Shown here piece after piece: positions 16,872-27,723 of a DNA stretch of 64,000 nt. The stretch is taken from NCBI GenBank assembly GCA_036918135.1, contig JBALDB010000038.1:96001-160000 (forward strand), given 5' to 3'. The stretch's first letter is position 1, and each line of letters starts with the position of its first letter. The translations under genes were made by a program, and so were the position numbers. The stretch comes from Nostoc sp. (GTDB lineage: Bacteria > Cyanobacteriota > Cyanobacteriia > Cyanobacteriales > Nostocaceae). The notes under the pieces were generated by a model that saw only the letters and a program-made list of their open reading frames with translations, searched no databases and was not told the origin of the DNA.

Positions 16872-17519
16872 GACCCCCATAACAGCTAAAAAAGCGATAG
16901 ACTCAGTACAACTGTGGGAATCAAGACTATAAGGTTTCTCTATGAAATTAGCTGCAGCTTGCTTTCTATAGAGTAGTTCGCATTCACTGAGTGTGGTGTG
17001 TTCTAATGGCTACTGCAAGTCGCCCTTTGCGCGTCTAAGCTCGAAGGCGTTTTATCCTACTTGAAACAAGTTTCAGACTTCTCTCCAAATTCAAAATCCT
17101 TGGATTTTAAGCTTGATTAGCGTCAATTTGTCAGAATTTGTCTAATACAGTTCTCCTTACTTATTTGTCTAGAAGAAGAAAGCGGCTTGTGGCTAAACAT
17201 TATTATAGTTATATAACTTTATAAATATTGTGATGTGAGAAGTGAATAAATAGTGTAGACAATCAAAAATTAATGGTGAAAAATTTTAAATTCAGATGAA
17301 TAAATACAGACAATTGCAAGGAATCACAGAGAACTCACGGTGGCGGCTTAGTCTTGCAAAAATGCAAAAATGCAGGATTCCAAAATCAAAACATCTAATT
17401 TTCCTGACTTCTGTTTTTACCTTGCGAAAGCTGATTCTAGACAATTGAGAAATGCCATACATCATTGTTACCCAAGTCGTTATCCACCAGATTAACTTTT
17501 TAGAATCACCAGTTTGATT

Positions 17520-18014
17520 ATGCCCAGTCCCAAAATCTTAGCCAAATCTTTTGACTATCATGGAGTTTACCCCTGCCCAGTCTGTCGGATAGGTAAGATT
17601 TCTCATATGCCATTGATGGAAGCTATGGCTTGTGACTTTTGCCAAGAGATTTTTACAGTTAACTTAGAACTACAGCAAATTAAGATGCCTTCTAGGCAAC
17701 CACCCTTAGTTTGGCGGTGGAATGGGTTTAGTTGGACAGAAGCCCAGTTAGAAGGTGTGGAATTAGGTTGGGGTTATGGACTAGCTGCTACTGCTTTTGT
17801 AGTCCTTCCTACTACTCTGATTGGTGTAGTAGCCTATTATTTTCCTCCTAATATCAACGAACCTGTTACCTGGATGCCATATATTTGGACAATATTAACT
17901 TTTTTGTCACATTTATCAATTATTGTTTGGATTTTTATTGAAGTTTATCAAATTCCAGTTGCAGCATATTTAAGAGCGATCGCTCGATGGAGAAATCGGG
18001 AGATGGGGAGATGA
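17520..18014 (+). CDS. Hypothetical membrane protein with N-terminal zinc ribbon
   Basis: CPVC...CDFC followed by two hydrophobic helices. Confidence 0.75.
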   Translation: MPSPKILAKSFDYHGVYPCPVCRIGKISHMPLMEAMACDFCQEIFTVNLELQQIKMPSRQPPLVWRWNGFSWTEAQLEGVELGWGYGLAATAFVVLPTTLIGVVAYYFPPNINEPVTWMPYIWTILTFLSHLSIIVWIFIEVYQIPVAAYLRAIARWRNREMGR

Positions 18015-18156
18015 GGAGATAGGGAGGCGAGGAGATGGGGAAAAATAACCAATTTCCAATCCCTAATCCCTAATCCCCAATCGCAAATAATAAAAGATGC
18101 AGCCGAGAGACCGCTGTATCACTCATAATTAAGTTGATTGTCCACCGAAATGACGT

Positions 18157-18864
18157 ATGAGCGATCTGGAGCGGTACTATAGAATTTTGGAATTAGAGCC
18201 TGGGGCAACACTTGAGGAAGTGAACCAGGCTTATAAGGATTTAGTGTTCGTTTGGCATCCCGATCGCATTCCTAAGGAAAATCTCCGTTTACAGCAGAAG
18301 GCACAGGACAAGCTCAAAGCGATAAATGAAGCTCGGGAAAAATTGCGCTCTCTAAAAACCAAACATCAAAGCACACATCACTCACCCCCGTCTTACCACC
18401 AAACACCATCTCAAACAAGTCATCCACCATCAAGTCATCCACCATCAAGTCATCCACCATCAAGTCATCCACCATCAAGTCATCCACCATCAAAGCAGAA
18501 CCCAGACTTGAGTGGTAAAGACTATAGTCGGGCAAATTTGAGCAATAAAGATTTATCTGGCAGAAATCTTAGTTATGCCAACTTGAGCGGTGCTAATCTC
18601 AGCGATACTTTTATGCACAAAGTGAACCTCAGAGGGGCGAATTTATCTGAAGCAAATTTGTTTCGTGCAAATCTACTTTTAGCGGATCTTAGGGAAGCGA
18701 ATTTGCGTGCTGCTAATTTAATTGGTGCGGATCTCAGTGGTGCCGATTTGCGGGGAGCTGACTTAACCGGAGCGCGAATTCGCTCTGGCGAGCGCCTTCT
18801 GGTTAAACTAATTGGTGCTAACCTAGCAGGGGCAATCATGCCTGATGGTGCCATTCATCAGTGA
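18157..18864 (+). CDS. DnaJ-domain plus pentapeptide-repeat protein
   Basis: YYRILEL...WHPDR J-domain; C-terminal A(N/D)LxG pentapeptides. Confidence 0.9.
   Translation: MSDLERYYRILELEPGATLEEVNQAYKDLVFVWHPDRIPKENLRLQQKAQDKLKAINEAREKLRSLKTKHQSTHHSPPSYHQTPSQTSHPPSSHPPSSHPPSSHPPSSHPPSKQNPDLSGKDYSRANLSNKDLSGRNLSYANLSGANLSDTFMHKVNLRGANLSEANLFRANLLLADLREANLRAANLIGADLSGADLRGADLTGARIRSGERLLVKLIGANLAGAIMPDGAIHQ
18416..18493 (+). repeat. 15-bp tandem repeat (CATCCACCATCAAGT) x ~5 encoding an HPPSS linker
   Basis: Four perfect copies at 18421-18480 plus partial flanking copies. Confidence 0.95.
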
Positions 18865-19021
18865 TAGGGGGGATGCAAAAATGCAGGGTTAGCTAAATTT
18901 TTTACGAATTGTGACGCGTAAAGCCTCCGTTATTCATGCGGGGGATATAAGCGAACATCTCAAGTACGGTTACGTGGCGCTGTGAGCGCACAGTGCCCGA
19001 AAGCTTGAGGCGATCGCCTAA

Positions 19022-19122
19022 TATAGCCGTAGTCACACTCTTTAGGACATAATGACAAGCGTGAATGCTAGGAATAGTAATAGTTCTACCTCCAGCATAG
19101 CTGCCTCCTGCCTCCTGCTATA
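19022..19122. mobile_element. MITE-like dispersed element TATAGCCGTAG...CTCCTGCTATA
   Basis: Near-identical shorter copy at 43898-43976; partial ends at about 13852-13871, 20988-21086 and 58734-58763. Confidence 0.7.
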
Positions 19123-19483
19123 TATACTGTTATTTGCCCATGCCAAATTTAATAAGGTTTGCAAAAGTTGAGTCATACATTCTGCTTCCAAGACAGCCAT
19201 TTCTAGGGCTGGTTATTGAGTATCTATCAAGTTCTAACTACGTTGCCAGCTTCTTTGCAGATATGGATAAACCATGCTCAAAAGTGTATGTAATTCCTGA
19301 GCTAAGTTGTTGGTAAACTTAGAATGTATATAATCAATCGTAATTAAATTAAGTTCATCTGAGAATTTTCAGAAAATTTCTGGTTCTCATACTTTTAAAA
19401 CAAACTAAACTTCGTTAACAAGATGCTCTACTTATTAAACAAGTCGTGGATATCAACCTTACTGTTTTCACAAATACTTCAGT

Positions 19484-20908
19484 TTAGGAAGAAGTTTTTA
19501 TTTGGGAACATTGTGTTTGTTGGAGTTTAATTTTTTGTTGAAGGGTTAGTGGTAAGCCAGGTTTAACTTTGCTGTAGAGACGAGTAAATTCTCGCACATA
19601 ATGAGCAGCGACTATCGGACTTTCAATCACTAAAAGTGTCTCGTCGTTACCATTATTGGCAGCATCAGACCAATTATGAGAACCTGTAATTACTGTTTTG
19701 TTATCAATCACAGCAAATTTATGGTGTAATAAATCGCCTTTGGCTAATATAGGTACGCCTACGGTGGTAATTGGGTTTTGCCAAGGATGATTATCAGCTT
19801 CATATTTACATTTATTACTGAGAGCAACTCCCATCATATCTAAGGCCTCGCTATAAGAACGATAAGCAAATTGTGGCTCAATTAAAGCGCGAATTTTAAC
19901 ATGTTGTTGATGTCGATTTTCTAAAATATTAGCAAGACGCTGTTCGGAAAAGACGAATAAAGCCAAATCAATAGATTCTGTTGCTGAATCTAAAGTTTTG
20001 CCAATTAAACCATTACTACTATTACTCCAAGGTTGAGTTGGAGAAGTAGGCGAAAACTGCACAGTAATTGTGGTTTGATTTAATCTGATTTTTTTAGCTA
20101 AACGCAGTGGCTTTTGTAAACCAAATCGACTATCTGGCTTACCTCCTGGGCCATCGCCCCACATAATATTAAACTCTTGTGTAAATAAAGATGCTAATTC
20201 TGGGCTGTCAATTTGCAATAAATTATTAGCATTTCCTAAACTGCTAGAATTTGTATAATCACCAGAAGTATCACTTAAAGTAAAATTTGCCGAAGTAATA
20301 ATTACAATGCGATTATCTACAATTACAAACTTATGATGCATCAAACTACTACCAGCCGAACCATCAGCTCGATCGTCTAGCCTCTGGATTTTGGCATTTT
20401 GCAAAATTATTAAAGCATCTCTTTGATTTATTTCTGCGGGAGTGAGTTGATTATCTTGGTTAACATCGAGAAATTGGCGAAATTCTTGATAGCGTTGCCG
20501 TTCTCTTTGAGCTAACTTACTTATTTCATTAGGTGTAAAACTACTCCAAGGTCTGCTATAAGTATTTTCTAAAATTAACCTGACTTTTACTCCAGCTTTT
20601 TGTCTATCAACCAATGCTTGGGCGACTTTAGGTAAACGTAATTCTTGTACAGCTACATCTACTGTAGATTTAGCTTGCGTAATAGTATCAACAATTTGTT
20701 TTTCTAAATCATCTCCCAAACGAGTTTGCTGACGGTATGGTTCTTTGTATTCCCCAGACTGAGAATGATTAAAATATACTTGAACTAAAGGATCTTGTGG
20801 TAAAGCTGCTAGACGCTGAGCGGATGATTGAACTCGTTGACAAGCAGCAAGGGGAAAGATGAGTAAAAAGATATATAAAAAATACCTTTGCCTAGATAAA
20901 AATTGCAC
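19484..20908 (-). CDS. Phospholipase D-family nuclease lipoprotein (ComA-like, no C-terminal HhH seen)
   Basis: Lipobox LAAC; two HKD motifs, HHKFVIVD...TSANFT and HHKFAVID...TGSHNWS. Confidence 0.85.
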   Translation of the reverse strand: MQFLSRQRYFLYIFLLIFPLAACQRVQSSAQRLAALPQDPLVQVYFNHSQSGEYKEPYRQQTRLGDDLEKQIVDTITQAKSTVDVAVQELRLPKVAQALVDRQKAGVKVRLILENTYSRPWSSFTPNEISKLAQRERQRYQEFRQFLDVNQDNQLTPAEINQRDALIILQNAKIQRLDDRADGSAGSSLMHHKFVIVDNRIVIITSANFTLSDTSGDYTNSSSLGNANNLLQIDSPELASLFTQEFNIMWGDGPGGKPDSRFGLQKPLRLAKKIRLNQTTITVQFSPTSPTQPWSNSSNGLIGKTLDSATESIDLALFVFSEQRLANILENRHQQHVKIRALIEPQFAYRSYSEALDMMGVALSNKCKYEADNHPWQNPITTVGVPILAKGDLLHHKFAVIDNKTVITGSHNWSDAANNGNDETLLVIESPIVAAHYVREFTRLYSKVKPGLPLTLQQKIKLQQTQCSQIKTSS

Positions 20909-21218
20909 TGTAATCTGTTAAAAGTGGATTAAGAGTAGACATATTTATCATTCCCAAAATTTTTAGTTTTGAGATGAAGTAGAAAAATACAGCAGGAGTC
21001 AGAATTCAGGAGTTAGAAGTCAAACAAGTTTTATACTTGGCTACCAGACTTATATTGTGTACTTCATCAACTTGAAATCAGCTATAGCTTTCCCACCCAA
21101 AACAAAAACCCACTCAGAATACAGAATTACTGAGATTTAGTCAGTGTCCACTTAAACTGTATATGCTAAAAACATCAGCAGTCTACTCCCAGCTTGTGTT
21201 CTCATCATTATCCGTTAT

Positions 21219-22385
21219 ATGCAAATTTATCTAGATTACAGCGCCACTACTCCCACTCGAAAAGAAGCGATCGCAGTTATGCAAACAGTCCTCACTCAAC
21301 AGTGGGGCAATCCTTCCAGCTTACATGAATGGGGACAACGGGCTGCAATGGTTGTGGAACAAGCCAGAGTCCAAGTTGCTGAGTTGATTAACGCCGCCAC
21401 TGCTGAATCGATTATTTTTACCTCTGGCGGTACTGAGGCAAATAATCTGGCAATTATGGGTGTAGCTCGGTTGTATACTGTTCCTCAACATCTAATTATC
21501 TCCAGCGTCGAGCATTCTGCAATTTCCGAAACAGTGCGATTGCTAGAGATATGGGGTTGGGAAGTTACGCGCCTAGATGTAGATGTCAAAGGTAGAGTCA
21601 ACCCCCTAGATTTAAAAGCGGCATTGCAAGATAATACAGTTTTGGTTTCCGTGATTTACGGTCAAAGTGAAGTTGGGACAGTACAACCAATTGCAGAACT
21701 AGGAAAGATTGCGCGATCGCATGGTGCTTTATTCCATACAGATGCGGTGCAAGCTGCGGGACGTTTACCCATAGATGTACAAGAACTCTCTGTAGACTTA
21801 CTTAGTTTATCCAGCCATAAAATATATGGCCCCCAAGGAGTAGGGGCGCTGTATGTGCGTCCTGGCGTGGAAGTAATGCATTTACTAAGTGGTGGTGGAC
21901 AAGAAATGGGATTGCGTTCTGGTACACAAGCAGTACCGATAATTGCTGGGTTTGGTGTAGCTGCTGAGTTAGCAGCACAAGAATTGCCTATAGAAACATC
22001 ACGCTTGATTCAATTACGCGATCGCGCCTTTGCCCAATTAGCTGAAATTCCTGGTTTAATCCCCACAGGACATCGGTACCATCGCTTACCTCACCATGTA
22101 AGTATGTGTTTAAAAAATGCTGATGGCGAAAAACTTAGCGGTAAAACCTTAGTACGACACCTCAATCTTGCAGGCATCGGTATTAGTGCTGGTGCTGCTT
22201 GTCACAGTGGAAAACTTAGCCCCAGCCCGATATTGTTAGCAATGGGCTATTCCGAAAAAGCTGCCTTGGGCGGAATTCGTATTACATTGGGACGTGATAC
22301 CACCGAAGCAGATATAGATTGGACAGTAATGGTGTTGAAGCAAGTTTTAGAAAGGGTGACACCAAATTTATTGGCTATATATTAA
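21219..22385 (+). CDS. iscS: Cysteine desulfurase (IscS/NifS group I)
   Basis: YLDYSATTP, GNPSSLH, HTDAVQ, SSHKIYGPQG (PLP Lys) and SAGAACHS (catalytic Cys). Confidence 0.9.
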   Translation: MQIYLDYSATTPTRKEAIAVMQTVLTQQWGNPSSLHEWGQRAAMVVEQARVQVAELINAATAESIIFTSGGTEANNLAIMGVARLYTVPQHLIISSVEHSAISETVRLLEIWGWEVTRLDVDVKGRVNPLDLKAALQDNTVLVSVIYGQSEVGTVQPIAELGKIARSHGALFHTDAVQAAGRLPIDVQELSVDLLSLSSHKIYGPQGVGALYVRPGVEVMHLLSGGGQEMGLRSGTQAVPIIAGFGVAAELAAQELPIETSRLIQLRDRAFAQLAEIPGLIPTGHRYHRLPHHVSMCLKNADGEKLSGKTLVRHLNLAGIGISAGAACHSGKLSPSPILLAMGYSEKAALGGIRITLGRDTTEADIDWTVMVLKQVLERVTPNLLAIY

Positions 22386-22987
22386 ACCATCTATAGAAAT
22401 CCTATTTGAGTTTTAAATAAATACCGTACATCTGAAGGGTAGCAAAATCAAATATAGTGTGTCGAATAAACCATTCAAACAGTAACGGCTAATGTGAAAA
22501 TATTGGAACCAAAGCACAGAAACTTACTGAATGTCGCAGAACGCCAGTAATGCAGAGGTTGTACAAAAACTAGAAGTAAGGCTAGCCATTGTCAAAAGCT
22601 AGACCCTTTTAATTGTCCCATCTTAGCAGTAGAGCTTTGTTTGAGTGCGATGCTCACAACTTCAGGAGTCACGGTTCCTGTCTGGACTAACCTGCCTTCG
22701 TTCCTAAGTTGAGTATTGAGGATTGGGGCGATCGCTAAACTAAATAATATACCTTTATCGTGTGTATCTTCATCAATAATTGGTATGACACAACATTGAC
22801 ATCATAATGACATACTTAAAATATATATAGTCAATTATAGTTTTAAAAAATCACAATAATTTCTGTCTAGTAATTGCACTGCTGACAAATTTAATATTGC
22901 TTAATCGAATATTAACCAAGCAAGTGCTATTGCAAAATTTTTTGTTCCATAAAATATCTCAAATCAGTTCTGTTTTAATCATGTGAG

Positions 22988-23452
22988 GTGAAAGTGAAAG
23001 TTCTTAATATATATAAGATTACTCTGGCTTCAGTATTGTTTGTTGCACCTTCATGTATTTTTCCTTTGAGGATACTTGCACAAACTCCAAATTATAAACC
23101 GTGGGCAGTTATTATTAATAGTGGCTCTACAAATGCCTGCGGATATAGAATTCATGTATTGCCATCTGGAAAAGCAAATTACATTGTTTGCAACAAAAGA
23201 GGTTCAGGTCAAATAAGTGTGACCACAGCTACGAAATTTTTTAATGATATTTCAGCAGCTAAGCCATTATCCAAATTACCATATACATCATGTGCAAAAT
23301 CTGTTTCGTTCGGTACGTCAACTGAAGTCAGGTACCAGCGGCAAAAATCACCAGATATTAGCTGTCCAAGTAATGATTCGAGAGTGACAAATTTGTATAA
23401 TGATGCTAGAAGCATACAACAGGAATTGAACTTTTCAACTTCCAAAAATTAA
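22988..23452 (+). CDS. Hypothetical secreted Cys-containing protein
   Basis: Signal-peptide-like N-terminus; motifs INSGSTN..GY and CAKSVSFGT. Confidence 0.7.
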   Translation: MKVKVLNIYKITLASVLFVAPSCIFPLRILAQTPNYKPWAVIINSGSTNACGYRIHVLPSGKANYIVCNKRGSGQISVTTATKFFNDISAAKPLSKLPYTSCAKSVSFGTSTEVRYQRQKSPDISCPSNDSRVTNLYNDARSIQQELNFSTSKN

Positions 23453-23657
23453 TTGTCTACGTTCCACTTGCAATCTCAATTAAAATCGCATCTAAATCTC
23501 TAAGGTTTATTAACAGAATATCAGTCCCGCCTGATAGCAACCTTAAGGTTTCTTAGTGGCGATATTTTCGATGCTCTCAACAGCTATCTTTGCCTTCAAG
23601 GCACAGGTAGCTGTTCTGTTGAGGCTCAATCCAAATCACTTCGCTCGTTTGGGAAAT

Positions 23658-23686
23658 GCGTAAGTGTAGCCTGTTGTAGACATCGA
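23658..23686. repeat. 21-bp small repeat inserted in a HIP1-like site
   Basis: GCG[TAAGTGTAGCCTGTTGTAGAC]ATCGA; same architecture as 52619-52644 and 52674-52705. Confidence 0.7.
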
Positions 23687-24179
23687 TAATCTTGTCCGAG
23701 TTTCTGAGTAAAAGCGATCGCGCAGTGCTACGTATGCCCTTTGCCAAAAATCACAGCCAATACTGGAACAATAGGAGTAGATGTCAATAGGCGATCTACT
23801 ACGCCATCGCGTTTGGGAGCATGACGAAGTAAGTGCAAAATCAGACACGTTGTAAAGAAGAATTACAGAAAACACTTTATCCATTTACTAACTTGCGCAA
23901 AAATGATACAGAAGCTTTTTACATTTATGACTGTAGAATCGACTTTTTACCCTTGCCACTTCATCAAACTCGCCTATAAATGATTGTTTTAGGGAATGTT
24001 TTGCTCTGAAGACAATACTGAAGTTGGATATTTCAATATCGAATAATCAAGAGTTGTGAGCTTCTATGTTACAAAATTTACGATATTAGTAATGTTGTAC
24101 GTATTTCGTCATATTCTCTTAATGGTATTCTAATGTGGAATATTGCTTGCAAAAACTTTGCAATTAGAGATTTATAACT

Positions 24180-25340
24180 ATGGTAGAGTTCACACAATCA
24201 AAATTATTAACTAAGAAAAAATTAAAAGTACAGATTGTTGAAAACCTTGAAGAACTCAAGCTCCATGCAGACAGTTGGAATCAGCTTGCTTTTGAATCTA
24301 CTCAACAGTTACCAATGACATCTTATGCATGGGTATCATCATATTTTGAACACTATGTGGAAGTTGGCGAATCATGGTTTTGTGTATTTGCTTATAAAGA
24401 TTCTGAGCTAGTAGGTGTTCTGCCGCTAATTGTAACTTCACAACGGTTCTTTAGATTCAATTTTTCATTCTTAGTTACACGTAGAGCTTCGCAATCATGT
24501 GCGCTTGATATTGTAGTCGCATTGGGACTTGAAAATATAGTTATTCCAGTCCTTATTGATGCTGCGAGACAATTTTGTACCCATCATTTAGGAATAGTAT
24601 TTAACCGTTTACCGGAAAATTCACCTACTATTACTGCTTTAGAAGGGATGTCAGATATTACACTTATTAAAGAGCTTGATTGGATGATGGGAGCTCACTT
24701 AAAAATAACTAACAGTTTTGATGAATATCGAAAAACCCTCAGTGGTAATTTAAAAAGTACTATCAAAAGGTCGGGAAAGAAGCTCTATCAACTAGAAGGG
24801 GTAAAAACTATTTTCCTCAAAGGAAGCGAGGCCACTGAAAAAGATTTACCTCAATTAATAAAAGTGGAAGCTGCCAGTTGGAAAAGAACTAGAGGAAAAT
24901 TAATTGCAAGTTCCTCATCAGATATATCATTTTACACAAATCTTACACGCCGACTATCAGAAGCTGGTTGGCTTGAATGGCAATTACTTGAAGCTGAAGG
25001 TAAGACAATTGCGATCAATTTAGCGATTAAGTTGAAGCGTTCAACCATTATTTGGAAGCTGGCTTACGATGAGAGTTATTCTAAATTTTCTCCTGGCAGT
25101 ATACTTTTTGAACAAGTAGTTAAGTCAGCTTATGAGGATAAAGTTGAGGAGATTAATCTAATTAGTGATTTTCCTTGGTACGACAATTGGAAGATGGATA
25201 AACGCCCACACTATACTATCAAAGTATATTCGCATCAACCTATTTCTTTAATGTTTGGATTGCTGCCTGCATATATCCTCAATAAGCTTAAAGTGCTTAA
25301 AAGACAATTTACAAAGCGGTATCAAATTTTTAGTAAATGA
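24180..25340 (+). CDS. GNAT acetyltransferase, CelD/BcsL (Acetyltransf_6) family
   Basis: LVGVLPL, SFDEYRKTLSGNLKSTIKR, VEAASWK and KLAYDESYSKFSPGSIL. Confidence 0.85.
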   Translation: MVEFTQSKLLTKKKLKVQIVENLEELKLHADSWNQLAFESTQQLPMTSYAWVSSYFEHYVEVGESWFCVFAYKDSELVGVLPLIVTSQRFFRFNFSFLVTRRASQSCALDIVVALGLENIVIPVLIDAARQFCTHHLGIVFNRLPENSPTITALEGMSDITLIKELDWMMGAHLKITNSFDEYRKTLSGNLKSTIKRSGKKLYQLEGVKTIFLKGSEATEKDLPQLIKVEAASWKRTRGKLIASSSSDISFYTNLTRRLSEAGWLEWQLLEAEGKTIAINLAIKLKRSTIIWKLAYDESYSKFSPGSILFEQVVKSAYEDKVEEINLISDFPWYDNWKMDKRPHYTIKVYSHQPISLMFGLLPAYILNKLKVLKRQFTKRYQIFSK

Positions 25341-25378
25341 GAATAATAAGAGATGATTTATAAAGTAAACCTTAAGTT

Positions 25379-25486
25379 TTAGGGTGCACTATAGCAACGC
25401 TTAACGCACCGAGAAATGTGGAGCGTTACGGCTAATCCTCACTCTCTCAAACTCACAAATCTTTGCGTAGCCGTAATACACCCTAC
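25379..25486. repeat. REP-doublet-like palindromic element
   Basis: TAGGGTGCACTA...TAACGCACC and GCGTTACGGCTA...TAGCCGTAATACACCCTAC with inverted ends, between convergent genes. Confidence 0.5.
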
Positions 25487-25622
25487 TTAATATTTACTTT
25501 ATAAATAGGCTCTCAGCAAGTTCGCTTTATGAACTTTCCTCCCCAACTTCAACAGCAGATCCAAAAATGGGCAAGCACTTAGGGAATCTCGACTGAACAG
25601 TTTGTTTTGTTTATCTTCTCTG

Positions 25623-26294
25623 CTACTTTATAAAAACACTGCTGAGAAATAAACCTACCAGTCTTTTACCAAGGAAAAGCCAATCCAACCAAAATATAAT
25701 GTGAATAATTACTATTACCCAAAATACAGCTTGGTATGAAGCCTTGCTACTTTTGTGGCGTAATCTTCGTTGGGCTATAAATGCCCCTAACCATCCACCC
25801 ATGAATTCACACAAATGTAACATCTTTTCTGATATTCTCCAACGCCCCTGCTTTGCACGAGATTTGTCATCTGCATACAATGCAAAGGTAAGAAAACTCA
25901 TTACAGGATAAAGAATCAGAGGAATTGAGTTGAAAGTCGTCAATGCAAAATGCACTGCTCCTAAACCTGGCAATAAGGATAAGAGCAATACCTCGAACAT
26001 TAAAGAAGATTTGGCTGTAGGCTGGAATGTTTCTTTTATTATAGAAGATGAGGTTTTGGGGACAGGTTGGGATATAACCCCCTCGATGAAGGCATTGCAA
26101 GCATAAATTTTTCCGTCTTTATCAACCTTTAGCTGATAGTAAATCACATCACCAACTTGTGGACGATGATTTGTTTGTTTGAGTGCAGTGATATGAAGAA
26201 AAACATCTTGACTGCTTTGACTAGAGCGGATAAAGCCAAAACCCTTGTCATCTTTCCATGTTATTAATTTACCTTTATGAAAAACAGGTTTCAT
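25623..26294 (-). CDS. Cold-shock domain plus DUF1294 membrane protein
   Basis: KGKLITWKDDKGFGFI...VFLHI (CSD); YADDKSRAKQGRWRISE...GGWLGAF...RHKSSK (DUF1294). Confidence 0.9.
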   Translation of the reverse strand: MKPVFHKGKLITWKDDKGFGFIRSSQSSQDVFLHITALKQTNHRPQVGDVIYYQLKVDKDGKIYACNAFIEGVISQPVPKTSSSIIKETFQPTAKSSLMFEVLLLSLLPGLGAVHFALTTFNSIPLILYPVMSFLTFALYADDKSRAKQGRWRISEKMLHLCEFMGGWLGAFIAQRRLRHKSSKASYQAVFWVIVIIHIIFWLDWLFLGKRLVGLFLSSVFIK

Positions 26295-26430
26295 CAAAGA
26301 CCCTGATATCAATACTTTATTTTTAAGGTTCCCATCTCAATATCAAATAATTCATACTCCAATTTAGCAACGCCAAAATCAGAGCTAATACTGGAACAAT
26401 AGAAGTAATGCTAAACCAAGATAATAAACT

Positions 26431-27162
26431 ATGACTGAACTTCCCAATAGTCTTGAAGATGCGATCGCCCAATCTCAGTCTGCTGTCCAAGCTGCCCTTG
26501 CAGATGGCTGTACTCGCCTACAAGTTGATTTCCTGTTCCCGGAATTAAAACTTATGCCCGTGGCGGAACAATTTGTGCCTTTGTTTACTGAATATGATTC
26601 TCGCTTCAAAATTTTCTTTGCTGACGCAGGGGCGGCAGCCTTAGCCCGCCGCGATTGGAGTGATGCACCATTTCAAATTTTGGATATCGGGACGGGGAGG
26701 GCTGCTTCCTTGCAAACAAAAATTCAGCCAGAAGATGAAATTTTCTTATTTGTCGCCCCTACTTCCGTAGAAGTACCGCAGTTGGAAAAGTTATGTGAAG
26801 CAATTGCCGATCGCCCTTTAATATTTTTAAATCCCCGCCTTGAAGATTCTGGAACTGTGGGCATTGGTTACGCAGCCAGAAAAGTCCGCGATCGTTTCAT
26901 TAGTACCATCGAATCCTGCTATTACCTGCGTCCAGTAGACGACCAAACTGCCTTATATCGCTGCTACCCAGGGCAGTGGGAAGTTTGGGTAGAAAACGGC
27001 AGTGAATATCAAAAAATTGCCGAATTACCCACAAAACCATCGGGTGATGAGTTGGATCTCATCCTGATGAAGGGACAACCGCAAACAACCAACGCTGTAC
27101 CTCCAAGAAAGCCGAGTGTGTTTAAGAGTTTACAGCGATTTTTAAAGGCGTTGAGTAGTTAA
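26431..27162 (+). CDS. DUF1995 family protein
   Basis: LP.SLEDAIAQ, FFADAGAAALARRDW, NPRLED..VGIG and LYRCYPGQW. Confidence 0.85.
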   Translation: MTELPNSLEDAIAQSQSAVQAALADGCTRLQVDFLFPELKLMPVAEQFVPLFTEYDSRFKIFFADAGAAALARRDWSDAPFQILDIGTGRAASLQTKIQPEDEIFLFVAPTSVEVPQLEKLCEAIADRPLIFLNPRLEDSGTVGIGYAARKVRDRFISTIESCYYLRPVDDQTALYRCYPGQWEVWVENGSEYQKIAELPTKPSGDELDLILMKGQPQTTNAVPPRKPSVFKSLQRFLKALSS

Positions 27163-27387
27163 CAGAAAGCAGAGGTAGCAGAAGGAAACTTTATCATCTG
27201 CTGCCTCATTTTCAATTTTAAAAAAATACAGGAGATTTTCATATAATTACGAATTGACTGCTCACCTTGTATTTATTTCTAAAATAGAAACTTAATATTG
27301 AAAACTCTGTACATCGCGTACAGTTTGTCAACAGTGCAGCACATGTAGAGCGAATGATATTTTTTTAGGTAGTTTCGCAACAAGCTT

Positions 27388-27723
27388 TTAACTCACAGCA
27401 TAATCTGTGTACTGGCGTACATAGGGCGGGTGAAATCCAACTACAATATGGTGTTTTGGTACTCCCATTGCCACCAGCTGTTCGCCTACATCTTCTTCTG
27501 TGCCATTCCACTGAATCCAAATCTTACCGTTTATAATATCAAAATGCATTACAGGCCCAAAAACCCGACGTTTATTTTGCCAACCAATATATATCAGTTG
27601 GTAATGGTCTTTTTCTACGTCAAAAATTGTTTGAGCTTCAATTTCATTATTAGATGAGGCAAGCTGGGAATATTCTGTAATTAATTTCCGAATACACTTA
27701 CGATATTTTTCTAAATCTGCCAT
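27388..27723 (-). CDS. xisI: XisI protein
   Basis: FDVEKDHYQL, HFDIINGKIWIQWNGTE and GVPKHHIVVGFHPP. Confidence 0.92.
   Translation of the reverse strand: MADLEKYRKCIRKLITEYSQLASSNNEIEAQTIFDVEKDHYQLIYIGWQNKRRVFGPVMHFDIINGKIWIQWNGTEEDVGEQLVAMGVPKHHIVVGFHPPYVRQYTDYAVS

Noticed and set aside
19134..19480. Short ORF 19134-19316 and possible IscB/omega-RNA remnant
   Set aside because: Only a short ACTACGTT resemblance; no iscB/tnpB coding remnant identified.
22590..22800. Open stretch on the minus strand (…LNTQLRNEGRLVQTGTVTPEVVSIALKQ…)
   Set aside because: No convincing start and no family recognised; it cannot be supported as a gene or RNA.
23636..23884. 82-aa ORF on the minus strand
   Set aside because: It has no recognisable family and its C-terminus (MSTTGYTYA) is the translation of a HIP1-inserted repeat. 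It may be decayed sequence.
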